64,000 nt of DNA from positions 11,036,001 through 11,100,000 of the forward strand of contig OX597816.1 of NCBI GenBank assembly GCA_951406725.2. Direction: 5' to 3'. The notes beneath the pieces were generated by a model. It was not told where the DNA came from, made no database searches, and saw nothing but the letters and a program-made list of their open reading frames with translations. The stretch comes from Octopus vulgaris (lineage: Eukaryota). Numbering within the stretch: the stretch's first letter is position 1; each line of letters opens with the position of its first letter. A program made the translations under genes and the position numbers. Of the stretch, positions 13,210-25,514 are shown piece after piece.

Positions 13210-14160
13210 TTAATCCTTTCTACTATAGGCACAATGCCTGAAATTTTGGCGGAGGGGACAAGCCGATTACATTGACCCCAGTGTTTTACTGGTACTCAAT
13301 TTATTGACCCTGAAAGGATGAAAGGCAAAGCTGACCTCAGCGGAATTTGAACTCAGAACATAGTGGCAGGCGAAATACCTATTTCTTTACTACCCACAAG
13401 GGGCTAAACACAGAGAGGACAAACAAGGACAGACAAATGGATTAAGTCGATTATATCAACCCCAGTGTGTAACTGGTACTTAATTTATCGACCCTGAAAG
13501 GATGAAAGGCAAAGTCGACCTCAGCGGAATTTGAACTCAGAACATAGCGACAGGCAAAATACCTATTTCTTTATTACCCACAAGGGGCTAAGCACAGAGA
13601 GGACAAACAAGGACAGACAAACGGATTAAGTCGATTATATCGACCCCAGTGTGTAAATGGTACTTATTTAATCGACCCTGAAAGGATGAAAGGCAAAGTC
13701 GACCTCGGCGGAATTTGAACTCAGAACATAGCGACAGGCAAAATACCTATTTCTTTATTACCCACAAGGGGCTAAGCACAGAGAGGACAAACAAGGACAG
13801 ACAAACGGATTAAGTTGATTACATCGACCCCAGTGTGTAACTGGTACTTATTTAATCGACCCTGAAAGGATGAAAGGCAAAGCTGACCTCAGCGGAATTT
13901 GAACTCAGAACATAGCGACAGGTGAAATACATTTATTACCCACAAGGGGCTAAACACAGAGAGGACAAACAAGGACAGACAAACGAATTAAGTCGATTAT
14001 ATCAACTCCAGTGCGTAACTGGTACTTATTTAATTGACCCCGAAAGGATGATAGGCAAAGTTGACTTCAGTGGAATTTGAACCCAGAACGTAGCGGCAGA
14101 CGAAATACCGTTAAACATTACATCCGGTGTGCTAACGATTCTACCAGTTCACCTCCTTAA
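13210..14160 (-). mobile_element. Tandem pentamer of family B SINE (~183-bp units)
   Basis: Unit boundaries near 13379, 13562, 13746 and 13929; only the 5'-most unit keeps the head. Confidence 0.9.
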
Positions 14161-14384
14161 ATACTACAGTTAATAATAAATACAATAACGGTTATACATA
14201 AGTGTCTTTGAGCCTTTATTCTTAGTTTAGGGTGAAAAATAAAGGGAAAATTTCCTCTTCAGGAACAATAGCAGGAAGATTATGGAGAAGCGATCCGAGA
14301 GTAATAAAATGAAACGTGTTATCTCTACATCATTTGATTTTCAATGACAAAGTGTTTTCCTTTTTGAATAAATATAACAATGCT

Positions 14385-14872
<488 letters not shown>

Positions 14873-15156
14873 GGATTTATCATCTCCTGCTGTTAGTTTT
14901 AAATCATTCGTACCACCATTGCACCTTCTTGTTTGCTGTACTGCCAGATAATGAATATTTATGTGACAACGCTCTTAAACCTAGGTGGTTCATACAACTG
15001 TTAATTACAGAAGATGTTGTTTCATCTCACTGCACGCTACATGTTGCTTTACGCTTACAACTCCTTATAAAGGATAAATACTTCCTGGATTTAGTACTTG
15101 AGTACAGTTGTGATGGTTTTTTGGTTTTTGCTTTTTTGTTTTTAAAAAATAATATG

Positions 15157-15563
15157 TATTTCTTTATTGCCCACAAGGGGCTAGACACAGAGGGGACAAA
15201 CAAAGGGATTAAGTTGATTACATTGACCCCAGTGCATAACTGGTACTTATTTAATCAACCCCGAAAGGATTAAAGGTAAAGTCAACCTCAGCAGAATTTG
15301 ATCTCTGAACTTAATGGTAGACGAAATACCTATTTCTTTACTACCCACAAGGGGCTAAACACAAAGGGGACAAACATGGACAGACACATGGATTAAGTCA
15401 ATTACATCGACCCCAGTGTGTAACTGATACTTATTTAATAAACCCTGAAAGGATGAAAGGCAAAGTCGACCTCGGCAGAATTTGAACTCAGAACATAACG
15501 GCAGACGAAATACAGCTACGCATTTCGCCCGGCATGCTAACAGTTCTGCCAGCTCGCTGCCTT
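15157..15563 (-). mobile_element. Family B SINE tandem dimer
   Basis: Two units with the same junction as the 13-kb array. Confidence 0.85.
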
Positions 15564-15639
15564 AAAAAATATTATTGGCACAAATCGTGATCCTAACTTT
15601 CCATTAAGTACATTTCTCTCATTACTAGTAAACTTGGTC

Positions 15640-15765
15640 GAGGGCATGTGACTTAGTGGTTAGGAAGATGGACTCTTAATTGTAAACTTCAATTCTTGAA
15701 CCGGGCAATGTGTTGTGTTCTTGAGCAAAATACTTCATTTCACATTTTTTCTATTTAAGTCAGCT
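15640..15765 (+). mobile_element. 5' fragment of a tRNA-derived SINE
   Basis: GTGACTTAGTGGTTAGG...GTGTTCTTGAGCAAAA; related to 21050-21280 and 40250-40475. Confidence 0.65.
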
Positions 15766-16866
15766 TTCTGTTTTCGATTTTTATCTGATCTCAATTAAAA
15801 TGTTGTTGCTTGATTATAATCAAGCAAATAATTATTTTTCACCAAACGTAGTAATTAAAAAAAATGTACATATATATATATATATATATATACATAAAAG
15901 CAAAAAAAACACTGTTTCCTCTCTTCACACTTCAGAAACACACACACATATATCATGTTAGTTGTCCATAGATTAAAGAAAAGCTTACTCAATATGAGTA
16001 ATGGATTAGTTATATTTCTATATATTGTTGAGCAGTATATTGCTAGCTATTGTATATAACTGGTCAGATTTGGTCAGTATTGGTTTCAAATTTTGGCACA
16101 AAATCAGCAAGCTCAGGGGAGAGGGTAAGTTGATAACATTGAGCCCAGTGCTCAACTGGTACTTATGTTATTATCCTTGGTGGAATTTGAACATAGAACG
16201 TAAAGACGGACGTAAATATATCAGTTGTAGATGAAAAAGGTCCAGCATCTACTAGCATATTTGTGTTTTTTATACACAATATATTCATAAGAAGTATTAA
16301 CTCTTGACATATACCACAGTTAAATTGTCTTCTTGGGATGTGTCTGCATTAAGTATGGTATTCAGATCACTATTTTAATCTAATACTACTTCTGCTGCAC
16401 ATACCGAGTTGTTATTCAGCCAGGCAGCTAATTGCAGCATCAGTGACTTGTCAGTCACTGTTCCATTCTTTTCCTATATCAGTGATTACAGATTTCATCT
16501 TATCATGCAGCTATCAATGTATACATGGTACTGATGAAGTGCAAAAATGCAGAAATGCACATTTAGTATTCTCATCACCACTGCTGAATGACTTTCATCT
16601 GCTGTTGATATACTTGTGCTTTTTTTTTTAAACCAAAGTAGGTCTACAAGATATATTATCTCCAGACGAGTGCCCACAGTTACTTTGCTTTTTCAAGACT
16701 ATGTGCACTAAATTCGAACACAGATGGCAATAAGAAAAAGACCGTTGACGTCCCAGAAACATTGCTGCTCTCAAGAGCAATTTGAACATAAGAATTACAA
16801 AGACATTGTATGGATCGGGTGACAAATTTGTGCAAACTCATATGAATGATCCATAAAATTGTTTAC

Positions 16867-16959
16867 CTTTCCTGCGACCAGTGCGGAAGATTTACTTGTG
16901 GTTAGTTCGTATTAGCGCTGTCATATTTGCTTGGAAATGAATATATATTCGAGCGGTTA
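16867..16959 (-). other. Candidate exon with stops in all three frames (non-coding or poison exon)
   Basis: atctttatattcttcag|...GGAAAG|gtaaac within a CpG-containing unique island. Confidence 0.25.
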
Positions 16960-17262
16960 CTGAAGAATATAAAGATGGTTTCACCGTGTGTAAAGGTTTA
17001 TTTAACAAGTTTTTATGTTCATCTTTCTTTGCTCATGTAACACATGTTTGTAGCCATAAAAATTGTTATTAATTTCGCAGCAGCGTAAAAATGAGAATTT
17101 TTTTATGATTTATGCAAATGAATGACGAAAATTTGTGTGCGTATCGAATATCGAATGTTTACAGTTTAGCATATTGGGAATTTACGTAAACAAATATCAA
17201 TTTTTACATAAAATAATTATCTCCTTAGTCCCTGTGATCCAAAGACAACATAGCTCCCCATT

Positions 17263-17358
17263 ACTATCTATCTGTATGTCTGTCTGTCTGTGTTTCTATC
17301 TATCTATCTATCTATCTATCTGTCTATCAATCTATCTGTGTTTCTGTTTATCTATCTA

Positions 17359-17404
<46 letters not shown>

Positions 17405-17554
17405 AATCAATCTATCTATTTGTCTGTCTGTCTATCTACCTATCTATATATTTATCTGTCTGTCTGTGTTTCTGCCTATCTATCTATCTATCTATCTATC
17501 TATATATCTATCTATCAATTTATCGATCTATCTGTCTGTCTGTGTTTCTGTCTG

Positions 17555-17637
<83 letters not shown>
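17263..17637. repeat. (TCTA/TCTG)n tetranucleotide repeat
   Basis: Direct. Confidence 0.95.
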
Positions 17638-17988
17638 CAATGTTTGCTTTTATGAGGGTCTTCATACACACATACAAACAGGCACATTCATATTTACATT
17701 CTTCCCTTCGGTCAAGCCTATAATTGCATTTATCTACCAAATGGTATTTGATTTAGTAAAGGCAATCTCAGCTTCATGTTTAATGGCTTCCGCATTATAA
17801 AATGTATTTAACAGACATATGCTGATGTTTTTACATGAGCAGCTAGCCCCAGTTCTTTTTGTGGCTTGTATAGAATAGGGAGTCCTTTATATAAAGCGTG
17901 TTTAACAGTAACTTAATGTAATGTGCCTGTCAAATAGTTTTCTGTATTTCTGGCAAGAAATTGTTCGTCAATATTAGATTTAAGAATT

Positions 17989-18618
17989 AAGGTGGTGAGC
18001 TGGCAGAATCGTTTGCACGATGGGCAAAATGTTTAGTGACATTCTGTCTGTCTTTACGTCCTGAGTTCAAATCCTGCCAAGGTTGAAATTTATCTTTTGT
18101 AGGTCGATAAAATAAGTGCCAGTCGAGCATTGAGATCAATGTAATCAACTAATCCCCAATGCCAAAAATACTGCCCTTAGGTGGTGGACTGGAAGAAGTG
18201 CTAGCATGCTCTTTTACTCTTTTACTTGTTTCAGTCATTTGACTGCAGCCATGCTGGAGCACCGCCTTTAGTCGAGCAAATTGTCCCCGGGACTTATTCT
18301 TTGTAAGCCCAGTACTTATTCTATCGGTCTCTTTTTGCCGAACCGCTAAGTGACAGGGACGGAAACACACCAGCATCGGTTGTCAAGCAATGCTAGGGGG
18401 ACAAACACAGACACACAAACATATACACACACACTTATATATATATACATATATACGACAGGCTTATTTCAGTTTCCGTCTACCAAATCCACTCACAAGG
18501 CATTGGTTGGCCCGGGGCTATAGCAGAAGACACTTGCCCAAGGTGCCAGACAGTGGGACTGAACCCGGAACCATGTGGTTGGTATGCAAGCTACTTACCA
18601 CACAGCCACTCCTGCGCC
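17989..18618. mobile_element. Family B SINE (+, ~17989-18195) and young family A SINE (-, ~18210-18618)
   Basis: Homology to the other copies in the window. Confidence 0.85.
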
Positions 18619-19026
18619 ATATATACAAACACTTAGTGGCATTTCATCCATCCTTAAGTTTTGATTTCAAATTCTGCTGATGTCAACTTTGCCTTTCATC
18701 CTTTCGGGCTTGATGAAATAAATACCAGTCAAGAACTGGGATTGCTGTTATTTGCTAACCACTTGCCTCAAAATTCCAGGCCTTGTGCCAATAGTTGAAC
18801 AGATTATTATACCTGTGTTCATTTCGATATTAAGACTGAAACATTTGACTTTATAAAAAAGTTTTGAGCAGAGTATGGTCCCTTTAAAAATTTCGTCCCC
18901 ACACTTATGAGTGTAACTGTGGTTAGGGTTATTTAACCCCTGATCAGCTCTGATTGTAAATAGTAATTATTCAAGCATTATATCTTATCTTTTTAATAGT
19001 TCAACCAGAAAGGCAATATAAAACTT

Positions 19027-19191
19027 ACAGTTCTATATTTGAGAGATGAGGAATTATGTACATTATTTACATTTGATGAATATTTGTCCTCATCGTGTTT
19101 GTTGTTAACAAACACGATATACTCTCCAGCCTTCATCAGGTGTCTTGGGGAAATTTCAAACCTAGGTTCTTGTTCCTAAGGTATTTTTCGA

Positions 19192-19234
<43 letters not shown>

Positions 19235-19492
19235 TAGGTCACTGCCTGGAATCAAACTTGGAATCTTGGGGTTAGTAGCCTACGCTCTTAACCATTACGT
19301 CATATGCCCAGGGACATATGGCATAGTGACCTGAATAATAACAACAACATCTGAAAAATATCTTAGGAATGGGAATCCAGGCTGGAAATTTCCCCAAAAC
19401 ACCTGATGAAGGCTGAAGAGTACACCAACCAAAATATTGTGTTAACAACAAACGGGATGAAGACAAGTATCCGTCAAATATAAATAATGTAT
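19027..19492 (-). mobile_element. Head-to-head dimer of a tRNA-headed, hammerhead-tailed SINE
   Basis: Inverted arms meet at ~19310; flanked by direct repeat TATAAAACTT (19017-19026, 19493-19502). Confidence 0.8.
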
Positions 19493-19857
19493 TATAAAAC
19501 TTGTCTTTATACTTCCTGCATGATTTATTTGGTTGTTGTTTCTAGCATAGTAAGAGACTTATGAAAAAATTCTGTCATTGGCTTGTGTTAGACGTTTTGT
19601 CTAGATTAGTTCAAAGTAATTTTGTATTTGTCTTTTGAATTTCGGTTACACACCAGAAAACACAAAACCTCTGGAAAGAATCAACATTTCATCAAATTTG
19701 ACACAAAAATTAAGAAATAAATAAAATAAATTAAAGCAAAAACTAAAATTAAAATCCGGTAATTTAAGGTGAGAAGTTTAAATATAATATTTGAAATCTA
19801 AAGACATAACATCTGTACTGTTAATCAAATCTTATTAGCACTGAACCAAAGACATAC

Positions 19858-19969
19858 AGGCTCCATAAAACATGCTTCCAGTCTTTTCTGTAATGGCACA
19901 ATTCTCTGTGAAAGCTTAATGAGAAGATTCTTTGAAGAATACACATTCCATTCTGTGGAACATGATAAC
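19858..19969 (-). CDS. Candidate internal exon (LSCSTEWNVYSSKNLLIKLSQRIVPLQKRLEACFMEP), product unknown
   Basis: ctttcag|...CCT|gtatgt; phase 2 to 0, joins in frame with 23902-23989. Confidence 0.35.
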
Positions 19970-20614
19970 CTGAAAGTTACATTCAATGGTACTGCACGCA
20001 ATTTGGTCCATTCTGTTTTTTTCTGTTCAAACCAGAAAGGTACTGAGTGGCCGAGAGAATTGTGAATAGGAACAAATAAACCAATAATGTTGGAAAACAG
20101 TACTATAGCTACGATGTGATAGCAAAAGCAATTGGTATGATGGTGATGGTTTAATCACATCAATATGGATGATGGCAATGGTGGCTAACGAAGATAATGA
20201 GGATGACTGACCACCACAGGGAGAGTCGTGAAATGGAGAAAGAGAAAGACAATGATGGTGGTTCTTTTTCATTATCATCTTTTTAACGTCTTTTTTCTCA
20301 TGACTGCATGAGTCGGGAGGAATTTTAATGAGACGGTTTTTTTATGGCTGCATGAATGTTGTTGACAGAAACTGAAACAAATCCATAGTTTGTATGTTGA
20401 TGAGTTGCTACCAGTGCCAATCCAAATGCCAAATACTTCAAAATAAGGAAATCTATATAAATACACATTTTATTGAGTGTAACCATTGAAGATAAACATT
20501 TGCATCCAAAATAAAAAATTTTTTTTTGTAAAACTTTCTGCATTGTTGGAAGCTTTCTTTATTTCTCTTTTCTTTCATTTTCTACTTCATATATATATAT
20601 ATATATATATATAT

Positions 20615-21040
20615 ACTAAAAGGCACTATTCGAGCGAACCGGCTTCCGTGCCAGTGGCACTTAGAAGGCACCATTCGAGTGTGATCATTATCAGCGTCGT
20701 ACTACTGGCACTCGAGCTCCGTGCTAGTAGGGTGTTAAGAGCACCACCATCCGAGCATGAACGTTGTCAGAGCGGCTATCTGGCAAGCATGCCAGTGGCA
20801 TATAAAAAACACCATTCGAGTGTGATTGTTATCAGCATTACCTTACTGGCACCCGTACCGGTGGCACGTAAAAGCACCCACTACACTCTCGGAGTGGTTG
20901 GCATTAGAAAGGGCATCCAGCTGTAGAAACTCTGCCAGATCAAGATTGAAACCTGGTGCAGCCATCTGGTTTGCCAGCCCTCAGTCACACGTCCAACCCA
21001 TGCTAGCATGGAAAGCGGACGTTAAATGATGATGATGATT
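20615..21040 (+). mobile_element. Family C retroposon with multiple 5' units
   Basis: Same units, body and GAT tail as other copies. Confidence 0.85.
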
Positions 21041-21049
21041 ATACTTTAT

Positions 21050-21280
21050 ATATGGCTTAGTGGCTAAGGTGTTGCACTCACAATTGTGAGATCATGGGGT
21101 CAATTCCTAGATCGGGTTTTGCGTTGTGTTCTTGAGCAAAGCGCTTCATTTCACGTTGCTCTGCAATCATTTCGACGTCTGACATGTGCCCCACCCACGT
21201 TGCACCTGTGCAGGTAATGTTGATCTGATGGAGGGATTGAACTTATGTCTACACAAACATTTGATCACTATAAACAAATC
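21050..21280 (+). mobile_element. tRNA-derived SINE
   Basis: ATGGCTTAGTGG box A, GGTCAATTCC box B-like, GTGTTCTTGAGCAA core. Confidence 0.7.
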
Positions 21281-21330
21281 ATATGTGGAGAGATGGACAG
21301 AATGAGTAAAGTATCAATAACAAAGTAGCT

Positions 21331-21828
21331 AGAAGAAGAAGAAGAAGAAGAAGAAGAAGAAAGAAGAAGAAGAAGGAAGAAGAAGGAAGAAGAAGAAGGA
21401 AGAAGAAGGAAGAAGAAGAAGGAAGAAGAAGGAAGAAGGAAGAAGAAGAAGGAAGAAGAAGAAGAAGAAGAAGAAGAAGAAGAAGGAGGAGGAGGAGGAG
21501 GAGGAGAAGGAAGAAGAAGAAGAAGAAGAAGAAGAAGAAGAAGAAGAAGAAGAAGAAGGAAGAGGAAGGAAGAAGAAGAAGAAGAAGAAGAAGAAGAAGA
21601 AGAAGAAGAAGGAAGAAGAAGAAGAAGAAGAAGGAAGGAAGAAGGAAGAAGAAGAAGAAGAAGAAGAAGGAAGAAGAAGAAGAAGAAGAAGAAGAAGAAG
21701 AAGAAGAAGGAAGAAGAAGAAGAAGAAGAAGAAGAAGGAAGAAGAAGAAGAAGAAGAAGAAGAAGAAGAAGAAGAAGAAGAAGGAAGAAGAAGAAGAAGA
21801 AGAAGAAGAAGAAGAAGAAGAAGAAGGA
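21331..21828. repeat. (GAA)n polypurine tract, ~500 bp
   Basis: Direct. Confidence 0.95.
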
Positions 21829-21829
21829 G

Positions 21830-23660
21830 AGCTTAATCTCTCAATATCGAGATAACTACTTGATAAGGTGACAGAGTTCACAAAAGCATACGTTAACATA
21901 GATCACATAACTCACCTTGTGCCCAAATTTGAAACTAATATAGATCACATAGTAAGGCAACGAGCTGACCGAACCATTAGAATGCGGGGCATAATGCTTA
22001 TCGGCATTTCGTCCGTCTTTAACTTTCTGAGTTCAAATTCTGCTGAGATTGACTTTACTTTTTATCTTTTCGAGGTCAATAAAATGAGTAGCAGCTGAAC
22101 ACAGGGGTCGATGTAATCAACTTATCTCCTCCCACGAAGTTTCTGGCCTTGTGCTAAAATTTGAAACCAGTAAAAGCCACATAGATCTGGACTTTATCAT
22201 GCATGCAAGAAAAGCACTTCTATTTAGTAAGGGCTCGGTATGGGTTAAAAAATCCGATATAGATGAATTCTTTGATGTATCAATAGGATTATATGACTGC
22301 CGACATTTTATAAGTCTCTTTATATTAAATACATTCAGATCCAAGTTCTTATTCCATGATGTTGGTCTATACCAAGATGATGGATTGGGAATTTCCCATC
22401 GTTGTGATGGTCACATTCTCGATAAATTTAGGAAAAAGCTCATTGATACCTTCATCAGGCCTCAAAATCACCATGACTACAAACCTTCCCTAAATCTCAA
22501 CTTCCTCTTTTATAAACTGTACCATAAATCAGATGAGAAACACTCTTACATGCACAAACAGTCCTGCCCCCTATAGTGCTTAAATGTGATAGTTAATATT
22601 AGTGATAGGATATCTAACCTTTCTTTTAAAGAAATAGCAGCTTTAAAGATAAGATACATTACAACCATTCAAGTAAAAATATGAAATATAAGAATAGACA
22701 TAGGAAAATTATATGGTTTGTCCCCTTCTCCCTAAATGTTAAAACTAACATATGCAAAAATTTTTTGTCTCTTTTAGATAAGTATTTCCCTGTAAACCAC
22801 AAATACAGGAAGATTTTTTCAATAAATGTTCAATCAAAATATCATGTAACTTCGGCTCCTATATGAGGAACATTATCACTTGTAAGCATCACTAACAGTC
22901 CACTCCCAGTTCCAACTGTCAAGACCCTGAAACTTGCCCATTTGACCAAACATGTATGATATACACCATCATGTCTGAAGCAGAAGTTACAGTAACACGT
23001 CTCTGGTTATGCAATGGTGATTTCAAAGGACTTCATGCAAACCATCTATCTTCTTTCGGGCTCATTCACAAATATAAAGCCACTAAGTTGGATAGCCATG
23101 TATAGAGTTTGAAGGCCGATTGCACACCACATACAATGAAGTGGATAGTTGTAAAGAAATTCGTGTCATACATTATTGGATCTAAGAAATATGACTTATG
23201 CATAGCTGAAAGATTGCATATTATTTTAGATCTAAAATTCCCCCACAGTACTGAATTTCAGATCTGAAATTTTCAGCAAATGCAAGCATATAGATAAATT
23301 TCTTTTGACGAACAGGAAGACACAACCCTCTCCAGATTGAGCATCTGTCTCGTAGACCTTGAACTCCTCACTGTAGAATCATTTTACAGCAACTAGTCAA
23401 AGAGGACGTAACACTCACTCTTTTTCTTTTCTTGTTTCCTTTTCTGTTTTTATTCATCTTTTCCATTTTTGCATCTACCTTCTGCTCATTTTCTCTCGTG
23501 ATTTCTCTTGTACCAGCAAATTGAATAGATCATGTGCTCAGAGGCTGAAGATTGCTTAGAGACACAAGATGTGTTATAAAAACCTGCTTACCACCCACGT
23601 CTCCCAGCAAGAAACTATTAGTAGCCCATATTTTTATACTGTGTACATTAAATGATATTT
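21830..23660 (+). pseudogene. Decayed Penelope-like element, Naiad-like, with nested family B SINE (~21950-22170)
   Basis: ARKALLF..WVKK..FDVSIGLYD; GLYQDDGL; RKIIWF..NVKTNI..FL..KYFP; NCQDPETCPFDQTC; DLCIAER; SKCKHIDKFLL. Confidence 0.8.
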
Positions 23661-23718
23661 ATCTCTCCTTAGATGGAATACTTTTTAGTTGTTCTTACCT
23701 TGACAGAACAGCAAGCTA

Positions 23719-23823
<105 letters not shown>

Positions 23824-23901
23824 TTATGTCATATGCACATACACATATAAGAAAATGAATAATGACACAAAAGAATGATGTAGAGGAGATGAAAGAATTA
23901 C

Positions 23902-23989
23902 TCCACACATGGCGATTGTTTAGTTGTTGTGACTATCTTTGTAGATCTATTGTGATGGTCAGCATTCATCCAATCATCTTTATTCCCAT
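23902..23989 (-). CDS. Candidate internal exon ((D)GNKDDWMNADHHNRSTKIVTTTKQSPCV(E)), product unknown
   Basis: tcttggctgttttag|...GGA|gtaatt; only one open frame, phase 1 to 2. Confidence 0.35.
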
Positions 23990-24558
23990 CTAAAACAGCC
24001 AAGATAAATATATTAAACCAGCACAGGATATTGATATCAATCATAATAATAATAATATCAAAAATGCAGTTAATCTGTGTGTTTGTTACGGTGTACCTTT
24101 AATCTTTTTTGATAATCAATAGCAATTTGTGTCACTTCTAGATTAACTAATCTCTATTCTTTGCCATTGATGATGCAACTACCAATTTTAACAAAAACAT
24201 CCTTCTTTTTTTTTTACGCAGTTATTTTCGTCTTGGTTACATTTTGCACACAATGATATATTTTATGTTGTAACAACGTTTCTTTGTTCACTTTGTTATG
24301 GCATATAATAACTTGGTTTATAATAACATTCCTTGGTAGTGAGCTGGCAGAATTGTTAGCGTGCTGGGAAAAATGTTTTGTGGTATTTCATTTGTCCTTG
24401 CATTCTGAGTTCAAATTCCGCTGGAGGTAGCCTTGCTTTTAATTCTTTCATGGGTTGATGAAATAAGTAACAGTTGCACACTAGGGTCGATGTAATTGAC
24501 TTCCCCTCTCTCTCATACTTATTGGCCTTGTGCCAAAAATTGAAACCAATTATTATTA

Positions 24559-24944
24559 TCTCTCAATATATAAAGCTGAAATTGTCTGTGTATGGCAGGT
24601 TTGGTAGCCTTCAACCAACACTATCTCCTCTGAGACCCTGCGGCGCAAGTTGACCAAAATTGAGAGTATGATAGAAGAAGGCTTGCTCTTCGTAGAAGAA
24701 AAATTCAAATCGGACCATGTTAACACCAAAAATTATTTACATCAAAAAGGTGCTTTTTTTCTATGAAAATCCCTATATTTTACGATTTTTTGACTGCTGT
24801 GTCACCATTTTTCGGTGTATTTCAACCAGAAAAATGTTCACTTAAAGAGAATAACAAGCTACATCATGCAAAACTTTTACATTTCAAAAATTCCAATTCT
24901 AAAGGGTCGATACAAACCTGAGCAACGCCGGGCGATACTGCTAG
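24559..24944 (+). mobile_element. Non-autonomous Helitron-like element
   Basis: 5' TC...ATATATAAAG; 3' CCTGAGCAACGCCGGGCGATACTG-CTAG followed by T. Confidence 0.7.
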
Positions 24945-24989
24945 TTTATTATAATTTTATCATGAAAAATCTCAGCTTTATTTCGCTGA

Positions 24990-25500
24990 TATAATGAAAA
25001 GTGTCAGTTATCCATAACCAGGAGACTAAGATGACACTTGTTTACTGGTCATGCTTCAACAACCCCCACGGACAACACTTGCACTTTCAAGCAATGCTGA
25101 ATTTTGTAGGTATTCTATTTTTACATTTGTACCAATCTTTTTGAATTATGTTGGTAGTTGAGTACTGGTACTTCCAAAATGTGCCAATTACTATTGGCAT
25201 CATGTCCACTCTCTTCCTTGCCCACAATCTGCATATTTCCCACTTCAAATCTTCATAGTTGTTCAGCTTTTCTTCTTCTTTCTCTTTGATACTGTTGTCG
25301 CCAGGACATGCTATGTCGATTATCATGCATGTTCTTTATTTTTTCTTCTTCACAAATGTCAGGTTTCTGATGTCTGATCTGATGGTCACACTGAATCATT
25401 GCACCTTGGGATATTTGGCCATACCACGTTTCTGCTCTCTGTAGGCTTTGATTTCCACAAAGCTCCCAATGGATCATACTTGCCACATTATGATTATCAT
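24990..25500 (-). pseudogene. R4/Dong-like non-LTR retrotransposon 3' remnant (restriction-like endonuclease)
   Basis: HNVASMIHWELC; QKPDI; IIDIACPGD..KEEEKLNNYEDL..W..PIVIG. Confidence 0.8.
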
Positions 25501-25514
25501 TATCATAATTAAAG

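Noticed and set aside
18390-18680. Recurring ORFs such as FSFRLPNPLTR and [13 protein letters not shown]
   Set aside because: They are antisense translations of SINE families A and C
23540-23600. Hammerhead at the end of the Naiad-like PLE (also ~9205-9245)
   Set aside because: Only CTGAAG(A) survives; the stems and remaining core are too decayed to call
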